Shown here piece by piece: positions 18,900 through 27,777 of a DNA stretch of 64,000 nucleotides. The DNA is from Thermoplasmata archaeon (GTDB lineage Archaea > Thermoplasmatota > SW-10-69-26 > JACQPN01 > JAJPHT01): contig JAXDQU010000079.1 of NCBI GenBank assembly GCA_034667685.1, positions 33,891 through 97,890 on the forward strand, in the 5' to 3' direction. Position 1 is the first letter of the stretch. Every line of letters begins with the position of its first letter. The position numbers and the translations under genes are program-made. The notes under the pieces are model-generated. The model saw only the letters and a list, made by a program, of their open reading frames with translations, searched no databases and was not told the origin of the DNA.

Positions 18900-19910
18900 G
18901 TGCGAAGGCTTCTGGCGGCGACGATCGCCCTCGTGGCGCTGGCGGGGTGCCTCACGGCCCCGACCGTCCAGACGGCCCGCGTCGCGCCCCCCGCGCTCCC
19001 GGCCTGGCACGAGGCGACGCGCCTGCTCGACCTGCCCGCGGGCGACTCGTTCGGCGCCTTGCTCGTCACGTTCGACGCGGGCGACGTGGGCAAGCCGTTC
19101 GGCGCGCCCGCCTACGGGCTCGCGTTCGAGCGCCCCACGATGGGCGACCAGGATTTCATTGAGGCCGACCTCTTCGGCGTCAAGGACGGAAACGCGACGT
19201 GGATCGTGACCGGATCGAGCTTCGGCCATGGCGTCACCGCGCTGAGCCTCCCTCCCCTCGCGGGCGGCGGCCCGCCCACGGCGCTCTTCGTCCTCTTCGC
19301 GCACCTGGCCCACGCCACGACGCTGCGCGCCGGCGCGTGGACCACGAGCGAGTTCCCGCCGACGCTGCCCAACGCGACCGTCGCCGGCGCATGGACGCGC
19401 GCCGGCCCCGCGCAGGTCTCGTACTTCGTGTCGGGGTATCGCGGCACCGCGTTCTTTTCCGAGAGCCACGACGTCACGCAGTCCGGCACGGGGACAGGCC
19501 CGACCGCGCCGCTCTCCGCGGGCGCGTTCTCCCTCGCCACGCGCCACGCGGCGGGCGGCTTGAGCCTGTCCACCGGCATGGTCCGCCCCACGGCGGGTGC
19601 CGGCACCGCGGACGTCTCGTGGACCTCCGGGGGCAAGACGCAGCGCGGCGCCGCGCCCTTCGCCACCACGCCCGCCGGAGGCCAGATCGCGGACTTCCTC
19701 GCGGCGGGCGCCTCGCCGGACGCGTCGGCCGCGGAGCTCGACCTCACCGGGGCGAGCGCCCTGGACACCGTCATCCTGACGCACGTCACCGGCGACTTCG
19801 ATGCGGCCGAGCTGGGCATCGCGGTGACGCCCCAGTACCGCGGACCGGCTTCTCTCCTCGCGACAGGTGCGTGCCTGCGGGCCAGCCCGGCCGCGGCGTG
19901 CGAGACCTAG
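18900..19910 (+). CDS. Lipoprotein, hypothetical (GTG start, lipobox LAGC)
   Basis: MRRLLAATIALVALAGC signal peptide. Gly/Ala/Thr-rich beta-rich body. Confidence 0.5.
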   Translation: MRRLLAATIALVALAGCLTAPTVQTARVAPPALPAWHEATRLLDLPAGDSFGALLVTFDAGDVGKPFGAPAYGLAFERPTMGDQDFIEADLFGVKDGNATWIVTGSSFGHGVTALSLPPLAGGGPPTALFVLFAHLAHATTLRAGAWTTSEFPPTLPNATVAGAWTRAGPAQVSYFVSGYRGTAFFSESHDVTQSGTGTGPTAPLSAGAFSLATRHAAGGLSLSTGMVRPTAGAGTADVSWTSGGKTQRGAAPFATTPAGGQIADFLAAGASPDASAAELDLTGASALDTVILTHVTGDFDAAELGIAVTPQYRGPASLLATGACLRASPAAACET

Positions 19911-19934
19911 GCGACCCCTGCGCCCGAAAGGCTC

Positions 19935-20867
19935 TTGGCGGGGTCCCGCCTCGGCAGAAGCATGACCGCCTCCGGCCTCTCGAAGCCGCGCTGGCTGCTG
20001 CGTCCCCTGCCCAGCGGGCCGAAGGTCGCGCAGATCCAGGGCCTTCTTGCGGAGCACGGCCTGCACACGGTGTGCGAGGAGGCGCGCTGCCCCAATCGCG
20101 GCGAGTGCTGGAGCCAGGGCGAGGCGACGCTCATGATCCTGGGCGACACGTGCACGCGCGCGTGCCGTTTCTGCGACGTGGCGACGGCGACGAAGGGGCA
20201 GATCCTTCCGATCGATCCGCTGGAGCCCGCGAAGGTGGCGAACACGGTCAAGACGCTCGGGCTGACGTACGCCGTCATCACGAGCGTGGACCGCGACGAG
20301 CTGGAGGATCAGGGCGCGGACCACTGGGCGCGCACGATCCAGGCGATCCGCTTCCTCTGCCCCGAGACGGTGATCGACGTCCTTCTCCCCGATTTCCGCG
20401 GCGATCGCGCGCTGATCCGGAAGGTCGTCGACGCGAAGCCCCACGTGCTCGCGCACAACGTCGAGACCGTGGAGCGCCTGCAGGACAAGGTGCGCGACCA
20501 CCGCGCGAGCTATCAGCAGACGCTCGACGTGCTGCGCGCGTTCAAGGAGATGAGCCCGCGCACGCCCACCAAGAGCGGCGTCATGGCGGGGCACGGCGAG
20601 ACGCGCGAGGAAATGATCTCGACGCTGCGCGACCTCCGGGCGGCGGGCGTCGACTTCGTCACCATCGGCCAGTACCTGCGGCCCAGCGAGTGGCACCTCA
20701 AGGTCGAGGAGTTCGTCCACCCCAACGACTTCGTGGCCTACGAGCAGGCCGCCTGGAGCATGGGGTTCAAGCACGTCGTCGCGGGGCCCTTCGTGCGCTC
20801 CAGCTACCGCGCGTGGGAAGTCGAGAAGATCGTGCGCGACGCGCATGGCGCCAGCAAGAACCCTTAA
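19935..20867 (+). CDS. lipA: Lipoyl synthase
   Basis: CEEARCPNRGECW plus CTRACRFC radical-SAM cluster motifs and a full-length LipA match. Confidence 0.92.
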   Translation: MAGSRLGRSMTASGLSKPRWLLRPLPSGPKVAQIQGLLAEHGLHTVCEEARCPNRGECWSQGEATLMILGDTCTRACRFCDVATATKGQILPIDPLEPAKVANTVKTLGLTYAVITSVDRDELEDQGADHWARTIQAIRFLCPETVIDVLLPDFRGDRALIRKVVDAKPHVLAHNVETVERLQDKVRDHRASYQQTLDVLRAFKEMSPRTPTKSGVMAGHGETREEMISTLRDLRAAGVDFVTIGQYLRPSEWHLKVEEFVHPNDFVAYEQAAWSMGFKHVVAGPFVRSSYRAWEVEKIVRDAHGASKNP

Positions 20868-20892
20868 GGAATCCTGCCTCGCGTGCGCGCGC

Positions 20893-22473
20893 ATGAAGGG
20901 CACCTCTGCCGCGCTCCTCCTCGTCGCCATGATGCTGGGCGCCGGCTGCCTCGCCTCCACCGAGACGCCCGCCTCGACCTCCGCCGCCGCGGGCGTCGGC
21001 GCCACCGTGAAGACGGCCGCCGCGCTCGCCTTCACCGCGGGCGACAACCTCTCCGGCGCGCCCATCGCGGGCGTCGTGCCGGCGACGCTCTACATCAAGC
21101 ACGACGGGGGCGAGCCCACCCTCGGCATCACGAAGGACGGCACGCTCTTCTACGCGGGCGCCACGTTCAAGAACGATATCGCGGGCCAGGACGTCTGCGC
21201 CAGCCAGCCCGTCGTGGGCGCGCCGGCGTGCCTGCCGCGCACCGACATCCTGCGCAGCAGCGACGGGGGGAAGACCTGGAAGGACGTCACGCCCTACCTG
21301 CCCGGCGGCCTCGTGCGCGAGCACCCCGACACGGGCGATCCGTACGTCTACGTCGACCCCGCGACCTCGCGCGTCTTCGACATCGACCAGCGCCTCTCGA
21401 CCACGTGCCACACGGTCACGTACAGCGACGACAAGGGCGACTCGTGGGACCCGGTGGACGCGAAGGCGTGCCAGTCGCCGCCCGCGGACCACCAGACGAT
21501 CGTGGCCGCCAAGCCCCGCCTGATCCCGGCGATGCCCGTCTACCCCGAGATCGTCTACTACTGCAACAACCAGATCGCCGCGTCCTCGTGCGCGCGCAGC
21601 CTGGATGGCGGCCAGACGTTCACCGCGACGCCGCCCCCCTTCCTGGGCGTCGAGAGCGACACGAGCGTCGCCCCCAACATGACGGACCCGACCAACCCCG
21701 ATATCAACAACCTCTGCGGCGGCCTGCACGGCCACCTGAAGGCGGCGCCCGACGGCACGGTCTACCTGCCCAAGGCGCAGTGCGGCCGCGCGATGGTCGC
21801 CGTCACGCAGGACGACGGCACCTCGTGGACGGCGCAGACCGTCAGCGACATGCCCGCCACGGGCGACCCGAGCGTCGCGGTCGACAAGGCCGGCACGGCG
21901 TACTACCTCTTCCTGGGCGCGAAGGACCTCCACGTCTACCTGGCGAGCAGCAAGGACGCGGGCGCCCACTGGACGAAGCCCGTGGACGTGACCGCGCCGG
22001 GCATCGCGATCGCCAACCTGCCGCAGATCACGGCCGGCGATGCGGGCCGCGTGGCGCTGGCCTACGTGGGCACGACGACCAAGGACGCCTACAAGATCCC
22101 CGACAACGACACGAGCGCGCTCAACAACGAGACGTGGGACGGCTACCTCTCCATCATCACGGGCGCCGACACCGCGAAGCCCGGCGTCGTCACCACGCGC
22201 GTGAACGACGCGGGCGACCCGCTCGTGCGCGGTCCGTGCGGGCCCGGCCGCTGCCGCAGCCTCTTCGACTTCCTCGACGTGCAGATGGACGCCGACGGCC
22301 GCCCGTGGGTCGCCATGGTCGACAACTGCATGGACAACTGCAGCAAGGCCGACGGCACCGCGAAGGAGAGCACCGCGTCGGCGGGCTTCGTGGCGACGCT
22401 CGCCGAGGGCCCGGGCCTCCTGGCCAACGAGATCGCGCTGCCGCCGATCCACGCCGCTGGGAAATCGGGCTGA
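20893..22473 (+). CDS. BNR/sialidase-like beta-propeller lipoprotein (paralog A)
   Basis: Signal peptide MKGTSAALLLVAMMLGAGC. BNR motifs SSDGGKTW, SDDKGDSW, SLDGGQTF, QDDGTSW, SKDAGAHW. Confidence 0.75.
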   Translation: MKGTSAALLLVAMMLGAGCLASTETPASTSAAAGVGATVKTAAALAFTAGDNLSGAPIAGVVPATLYIKHDGGEPTLGITKDGTLFYAGATFKNDIAGQDVCASQPVVGAPACLPRTDILRSSDGGKTWKDVTPYLPGGLVREHPDTGDPYVYVDPATSRVFDIDQRLSTTCHTVTYSDDKGDSWDPVDAKACQSPPADHQTIVAAKPRLIPAMPVYPEIVYYCNNQIAASSCARSLDGGQTFTATPPPFLGVESDTSVAPNMTDPTNPDINNLCGGLHGHLKAAPDGTVYLPKAQCGRAMVAVTQDDGTSWTAQTVSDMPATGDPSVAVDKAGTAYYLFLGAKDLHVYLASSKDAGAHWTKPVDVTAPGIAIANLPQITAGDAGRVALAYVGTTTKDAYKIPDNDTSALNNETWDGYLSIITGADTAKPGVVTTRVNDAGDPLVRGPCGPGRCRSLFDFLDVQMDADGRPWVAMVDNCMDNCSKADGTAKESTASAGFVATLAEGPGLLANEIALPPIHAAGKSG

Positions 22474-22488
22474 CGCTGCGCGGCTTGT

Positions 22489-22570
22489 CCCGTGGCGCCC
22501 GAGGGACCCGAGGCGCCCGAGGCCTCCAAACCACGGGTGCCACGGGCGCCTCGGGTCCCACGGGCGTGGC
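22489..22570. repeat. Hairpin made of CCCGAGG/GGCGCC units, immediately after the 20893..22473 stop
   Basis: cccgtggcgcccgagggacccgaggcgcccgaggcc ... gtgccacgggcgcctcgggtcccacgggcg. Confidence 0.65.
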
Positions 22571-22625
22571 CCGCCGCAGGCGCCGGCACGAAAGCGCCAA
22601 ATCCCCGCGGCCGGATCGCCCCGGC

Positions 22626-23672
22626 ATGCAGGGCGCCCCGACGCGGAGCTTCGCGAGCGACAACAACAGCGGCGTGCACCCGCGCGTCATGCAGGCGCTG
22701 GCCGAGGCCAACCGCGACCACGTGCTGGCGTACGGCGACGACGCCTGGACGCAGCGCGCCGAGGCGAAGCTGCGCGAGGCGTTCGGGGCCGACGCGCGCG
22801 CCTTCTTCGTGTTCAACGGCACGGGCGCCAACGTGCTCGGCCTGGCCGCGATGATGCGTCCGTGGGAGTGCGTGCTCACGACCGAGTGGGCGCACCTGGC
22901 GAGCGACGAGTGCGCGGCGCCCGAGAAGTTCCTGGGCAGCAAGGTCGTCACGATCCGCGCGCCGGAGGGCAAGCTCACGCCCGAGTCGGTGAAGCCGTTC
23001 GTGAAGGGGATCGGCGACCAGCACCACGCGCAGCCGCGCGTCATCTCGATCACGCAGAGCACCGAGCTTGGCACCGTGTACCGCCCCGAGGAGATCCGCG
23101 CGCTGGCCGACTTCGCGCACCAGCGCCAGATGTACCTTCACGTGGATGGGGCGCGGCTCGCCAACGCCGCCGCCGCGCTGGGCGTGCCGCTGCGCGCGAT
23201 CACGACCGACGCGGGCGTGGACGTGCTCTCGTTGGGCGGCACGAAGAACGGTCTCATGTTCGGCGAGGCCGTCGTCGCGCTCCGCCCCGAGCTGGCCAAG
23301 GACATGCGGTTCCTGCGCAAGCAGGGCATGCAGCTCGCCAGCAAGATGCGCTTCGTCTCCGCGCAGTTCGAGGCGCTCCTCACCGACGACCTGTGGCGGG
23401 AGAGCGCGGGGCACGCGAACCGCATGGCGCGGCTCCTGGCCGACGAGGCGTCTCGCGTGCCCGGCGTCAAGCTCGCGCGCCCGTGCGAAGCCAACGCCGT
23501 CTTCCCGATCCTGCCGAAGCCGGCGGCCGACGCGCTGCTGCGCGACTGGCTCTTCTACCCGTGGAACGAGGCGACCGGCGAGTACCGCTGGGTGTGCAGC
23601 TTCGACACGACCGAGGACGACGTGAAGCGCTTCGTCTCCGCGCTGCGCGACGCCATGACGAAGCACCGTTGA
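22626..23672 (+). CDS. ltaE: Low-specificity L-threonine aldolase (beta-eliminating lyase family, PLP)
   Basis: SFASDNNSGVHPRVMQAL...GDDAWT...LSLGGTKNGLMFGEAVV with the PLP lysine. Confidence 0.8.
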   Translation: MQGAPTRSFASDNNSGVHPRVMQALAEANRDHVLAYGDDAWTQRAEAKLREAFGADARAFFVFNGTGANVLGLAAMMRPWECVLTTEWAHLASDECAAPEKFLGSKVVTIRAPEGKLTPESVKPFVKGIGDQHHAQPRVISITQSTELGTVYRPEEIRALADFAHQRQMYLHVDGARLANAAAALGVPLRAITTDAGVDVLSLGGTKNGLMFGEAVVALRPELAKDMRFLRKQGMQLASKMRFVSAQFEALLTDDLWRESAGHANRMARLLADEASRVPGVKLARPCEANAVFPILPKPAADALLRDWLFYPWNEATGEYRWVCSFDTTEDDVKRFVSALRDAMTKHR

Positions 23673-23692
23673 GGACGCTGGCGCTTCGCGCC

Positions 23693-23752
23693 GAGGGAAG
23701 ACGGGAAGACGGGAAGACGTTGGAACGAATGTCTTCCCGTCTTCCTGTCTTC
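23693..23752. repeat. Hairpin (GGGAAGAC)x3 ... (GTCTTCC)x3, immediately after the ltaE stop
   Basis: gggaagacgggaagacgggaagacg ttggaacgaat gtcttcccgtcttcctgtcttccc. Confidence 0.7.
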
Positions 23753-23817
23753 CCTGCTCCGCCGGAGGCGGCCCGCACTACAAGAAACGCTAAGAGCCCG
23801 GCGCGGGTGCGAAACGC

Positions 23818-25380
23818 ATGCGTCTCGGCGCCCTCGCGCTCCTCTCCATGCTCCTCGCGGCCGGCTGCGTCACGTCGAACGCGCCGGGCGCCACGACCCA
23901 GCCTCCCGGCGCGGTGGGCGCCACCTTCGCCACGGCCGACGCCATCGTGCACGTCGCGGGCGACAACGCCTCGGGCCGCCTCGCCTCGGGCATCCTGCCC
24001 GCGAGCTTCCTCGTGAACCACGACGCCGGCGAGCCGACGCTGGGCGTGGCCAAGGACGGCGCGCTCTACTACGCGGCCGTCACGTTCCAGAACGACGTCG
24101 CCGGCCAGCCCGCGTGCGCCCCCGAGACGCCCATCAGCGGCGGCACGTGCCTGCCGCGCACGGACATCCTCAAGTCGGTCGACGGCGGCAAGACGTGGAA
24201 GGACGTCACGCCCTACTTCCCCGGCGGCGCGGTGCGCATGCACCCCGAGACGGGCGACGGCTACGTCTACGTCGACGCGGAGACGGGCCGCATCTTCGAC
24301 GTCGACCAGGAGGGCCTCGTCACGTGCTACAACCTCGCGTACAGCGACGACGGGGGCGCCTCGTGGATGGGCGACTTCCCCGCGTGCCAGTCGCCGCCCG
24401 CGGACCACCAGACGATCGTCGCCGCCAAGCCGCGCCTGCTGCCCGCGAGCCCCGCCTACCCGAAGATCGTCTACGTCTGCTACAACCAGATCGCCACCTC
24501 GACGTGCGTGCGCAGCGTGGACGGCGGCGTCAACTTCGCCACGACGGGCCCCGTGGGCGACGCGGGCGCCGACCCGAGCCAGGGCGCCGGCACGAAGGCC
24601 GTGTGCAGCGCGCTCGTGGGGCACCTCAAGGCCGCGCCCGACGGCACGGTCTATCTTCCGCGCCGCCAGTGCGACCTCCCCGAGGTCGCCGTGACGCAGG
24701 ACGACGGCACCACGTGGAGCCTCGTCCAGGTCTCCGACGTCAAGACGTACTACGGCGGCGGCACCGTGGGCATGGACCCCGCGGTGGCCGTGGACGCCAA
24801 GGGGACGGCGTACTACGTCTTCGAGGGCGCGGACGGCCACATGTGGCTCTCGCACAGCAAGGACGCCGGCAAGACGTGGAGCAAGGCGCAGGACGTGACG
24901 GGCCCCGGCCTCACGGTCGCCAACCTCGCGGCGCTCACCGCAGGCGATGCCGGCCGCGTGGCGCTCACCTACGTCGCGTCCAACGTGCCGGGCGGCTACG
25001 CGGCCAAGCAGGAGGCGATGGACAACGCGACTTGGGACGGATTCCTCAGCGTCATCGTCGGCGCGGACACCGACAAGCCCACGCTCACCACCGTGCGCAT
25101 CAACCCGGGTGACGACCCGCTGGTGCGCGGCGCGTGCGGGCCGGGCCGCTGCAAGAACCCGGGCCTCGTGGACTTCCTCGACGTGCAGATGGACCCGCGC
25201 GACGGCCGCCCCTGGGCGAGCTTCGTGGACAACTGCGTCGAGAAGTGCGCCATGCCCAACGGCACGGCCAAGGACTCGACGGGCGACAAGGGCTTCGTGG
25301 CGACCCTGGCGAGCGGGCCTTCGCTCCTGGAGAAGGTCGGGACGCTCGGGCCGATCCTGCCGGCTTCGAAGAGCGGCTGA
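23818..25380 (+). CDS. BNR/sialidase-like beta-propeller lipoprotein (paralog B)
   Basis: Signal peptide MRLGALALLSMLLAAGC. Collinear and roughly 60% identical to 20893..22473 (LPRTDILKSVDGGKTWKDVTPY etc.). Confidence 0.75.
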   Translation: MRLGALALLSMLLAAGCVTSNAPGATTQPPGAVGATFATADAIVHVAGDNASGRLASGILPASFLVNHDAGEPTLGVAKDGALYYAAVTFQNDVAGQPACAPETPISGGTCLPRTDILKSVDGGKTWKDVTPYFPGGAVRMHPETGDGYVYVDAETGRIFDVDQEGLVTCYNLAYSDDGGASWMGDFPACQSPPADHQTIVAAKPRLLPASPAYPKIVYVCYNQIATSTCVRSVDGGVNFATTGPVGDAGADPSQGAGTKAVCSALVGHLKAAPDGTVYLPRRQCDLPEVAVTQDDGTTWSLVQVSDVKTYYGGGTVGMDPAVAVDAKGTAYYVFEGADGHMWLSHSKDAGKTWSKAQDVTGPGLTVANLAALTAGDAGRVALTYVASNVPGGYAAKQEAMDNATWDGFLSVIVGADTDKPTLTTVRINPGDDPLVRGACGPGRCKNPGLVDFLDVQMDPRDGRPWASFVDNCVEKCAMPNGTAKDSTGDKGFVATLASGPSLLEKVGTLGPILPASKSG

Positions 25381-25393
25381 GCGCCCCCGTTGG

Positions 25394-25481
25394 CTCCGCA
25401 TGCGGAGACGCGGAGAGCGCGGAGGCCGCGGAGGTTGAAGGCACCGCGGTCACCGCGTCCTCCGCGCCTCCGCATGCGGAG
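25394..25481. repeat. Palindromic element of the CTCCGCATGCGGAG family (copy 1), after the paralog B stop
   Basis: ctccgcatgcggagacgcggagagcgcggaggccgcggagg ... cgcggtcaccgcgtcctccgcgcctccgcatgcggag. A second copy is at 43037-43127. Confidence 0.7.
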
Positions 25482-25535
25482 CCCGTCGAGGCGCCAAAAG
25501 AGCCTTAGCGGAAGCCCAGCCTGGCGCGGCGTAGC

Positions 25536-26228
25536 ATGAGCCGCAAGTGGCTGCGCGAGCGCAGCAAGGACTTCTGGTACAAGCTCGCCAAGAAGGAAGG
25601 GTGGCGCACCCGCGCGAGCTTCAAGCTCATGCAGATCGACGAGAAGTTCGACCTCTTCTTCGAGGGCGCGCGCGTCGTCGACCTGGGCGCGGCGCCGGGC
25701 GGCTGGAGCCAGGTCGCGGTGGAGCTGGTCGGCCCCGAGGGCAAGGTCGTGGGCGTGGACCTCGACCGCATCGAGCCCATGGAGGGCGTCACGTTCCTGC
25801 GCGGCGACATGACGCAGCCGGACACGGTGGCGCGCACCATGGAAGCGTGCGGCGGGGTCGCCGACGTCGTGATCAGCGACATGAGCCCCAACATCAGCGG
25901 CGCGTACGCCACCGACCACGCGCGCTCGATCCACCTCTGCGAGATGGCGCTCGACTTCGCGGGCAAGGTGCTCGTGCGCGACGGCGCGTTCGTCTGCAAG
26001 GTGTTCGAGGGCGACATGTTCCATCCGTTCCTGGAGCAGGTGCGCGCGCAGTTCCGCGACGTGAAGGTCGCCAACCCCGCCGCCAGCCGCGCCGCGAGCA
26101 GCGAGGTCTACGTCGTCGCGCAGGGCTTCAAGGGGCCGGGCAGGTACCCGCCGCTCGCGAAGCCCGCCGAGTGGGAAGAGGGCGACGAGCTGCCGGCCTC
26201 GCGGAAGGAGCGCAAGGCGCGCGGCTGA
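25536..26228 (+). CDS. rlmE: 23S rRNA (uridine-2'-O)-methyltransferase RlmE/FtsJ
   Basis: WRTRASFKLMQIDEKF...VVDLGAAPGGWSQV...DVVISDMSPN...CKVFEG. Confidence 0.9.
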   Translation: MSRKWLRERSKDFWYKLAKKEGWRTRASFKLMQIDEKFDLFFEGARVVDLGAAPGGWSQVAVELVGPEGKVVGVDLDRIEPMEGVTFLRGDMTQPDTVARTMEACGGVADVVISDMSPNISGAYATDHARSIHLCEMALDFAGKVLVRDGAFVCKVFEGDMFHPFLEQVRAQFRDVKVANPAASRAASSEVYVVAQGFKGPGRYPPLAKPAEWEEGDELPASRKERKARG

Positions 26229-26276
26229 GGCTGCGGCGCCGGCAGGATCATCCGCGCCGCGACGCTCGGCGCGGTC

Positions 26277-26858
26277 ATGCTCGTTCCCGCCACGACGCCC
26301 CTCGCCATCGCCACGTCGATCCTCGCGCTCGTCGCGGGGCTCGTGCTCACCTTCTCGGGCTATCGGCTCGCGCGCAGCCTCGCGACGATCGCGGGCTTCA
26401 TCACCGGCTTCGTCATCGGCCTCGGCCTGGGCGCCGCGCTGGCGGGCCCCGTGGGCGCGCTGGTCGGCGCCATCGTGCTGGGCATCGCGCTGGCGCTCCT
26501 CTTCCGGTTCGCGTTCCGCTTCGCGGGCGCGGTCGTGGGCGCGCTGGCGGGCATGTCCGTCGCGGCGAACCTGGGCTGGCCGATCTGGGCGCTCGTCGTG
26601 GCCGCCATCGTGGGCGGCGTCGCGGGCCTCCTGCTCAACAAGATCGCCATCGTGACGTTCACCGCGCTCGTGGGCGCGTCGCTCGCCGTCAAGGCGGGCG
26701 CCGAGCTGCTCTACGGCCTGACGCCGTACTACCTGAAGATGGAGGTGCTGGGGCTCCTCCTCGCCACGATCGTGCTCGCGTCGGCGGGCATCCTCTCGCA
26801 GATGCGCAGCCTGCGCGGCGAGGACGAGGCGCCCGGGGTCCGCGGCAGCGCGAGCTAA
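26277..26858 (+). CDS. Membrane protein, DUF4203-like (Gly/Ala-rich TM helices)
   Basis: Six hydrophobic helices with GxxxG packing motifs. Confidence 0.5.
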   Translation: MLVPATTPLAIATSILALVAGLVLTFSGYRLARSLATIAGFITGFVIGLGLGAALAGPVGALVGAIVLGIALALLFRFAFRFAGAVVGALAGMSVAANLGWPIWALVVAAIVGGVAGLLLNKIAIVTFTALVGASLAVKAGAELLYGLTPYYLKMEVLGLLLATIVLASAGILSQMRSLRGEDEAPGVRGSAS

Positions 26859-26891
26859 GCCTCAAGCCCCGTCGCCTGCTCGCCCGCGAGC

Positions 26892-27719
26892 ATGCAGGTC
26901 GTGCGCATCGCCCACAGCCCTGACCCGGACGACGCCTTCATGGCGTGGGCGCTGCACGCGGGCGTCGTGCGCGACCCGGAGCTGCGCGTCGAGCTCGTGC
27001 CCCTCGACATCGAGACGGCCAACCAGATGGCGCTCCGCGGCGAAGGCCCTGAGGCGACGGCGCTCTCGATGGCGACGTTCGCCCGTGTCGCGGACCGCTA
27101 CTGGCTGCTGCCGCACGGCGCGTCGTTCGGCGAGGGCTACGGGCCGATCGTCGTCGCGCGCAAGGAGGTCGATCTCCGCGAGGTCGAGATCGCGGCGCCC
27201 GGCGCGGGCACGACGGCCTACGCGACACTCCGCATGGCGCTCCCGCGGGCCCGCTGCCGCCAGATGCCCTTCGACGCGATCCTGCCCGCCGTCCAGCGCG
27301 GCGAGGCCGAGGCGGGCCTGCTCATCCACGAGGGGCAGCTCACCTGGCAGCGCGAGGGCGTCGTGAAGCTGCTGGACCTCGGCGTCTGGTGGAAGGAGGA
27401 GACCGGCCTGCCGCTTCCCCTGGGTGTCACCGCGATCCGCAAGGACGTGGGCCCCGCGCTCGCCGCGCGCGTCGACGCGCTCATGCGCGCCAGCATCGAG
27501 GCGGGCCTCGCGCGCCGCGCCGAGGCGCTCGCCTACGCGCGCGGGTTCGGGCGCGGCATCCCCCTGGAGGACGCCGATCGCTTCGTCGCGATGTACGTGA
27601 ACGACCTGACGCGCGACATGCGCCCGCGTGGCCTCGCCGGTGTGCACGAGTGGGTCCGGCGCGCCGCGGAGGCGGGCATCGTGCCGCGCGCGGACGTCCA
27701 CATGGCGCCATCTCCATAA
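26892..27719 (+). CDS. mqnD: MqnA/MqnD family protein, likely 1,4-dihydroxy-6-naphthoate synthase (futalosine pathway)
   Basis: N-terminal AHSPDPDDAFMAWAL matches the MqnD SPxPxDxFxxxAL signature. Periplasmic-binding-protein-like fold. A UbiA prenyltransferase lies two genes downstream. Confidence 0.65.
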   Translation: MQVVRIAHSPDPDDAFMAWALHAGVVRDPELRVELVPLDIETANQMALRGEGPEATALSMATFARVADRYWLLPHGASFGEGYGPIVVARKEVDLREVEIAAPGAGTTAYATLRMALPRARCRQMPFDAILPAVQRGEAEAGLLIHEGQLTWQREGVVKLLDLGVWWKEETGLPLPLGVTAIRKDVGPALAARVDALMRASIEAGLARRAEALAYARGFGRGIPLEDADRFVAMYVNDLTRDMRPRGLAGVHEWVRRAAEAGIVPRADVHMAPSP

Positions 27720-27777
27720 TCTTCATGAGCGAGCCTCCCGAGTCCGCCGCGTGGCGTCGCTCCGGCTCGCAGCGCGC

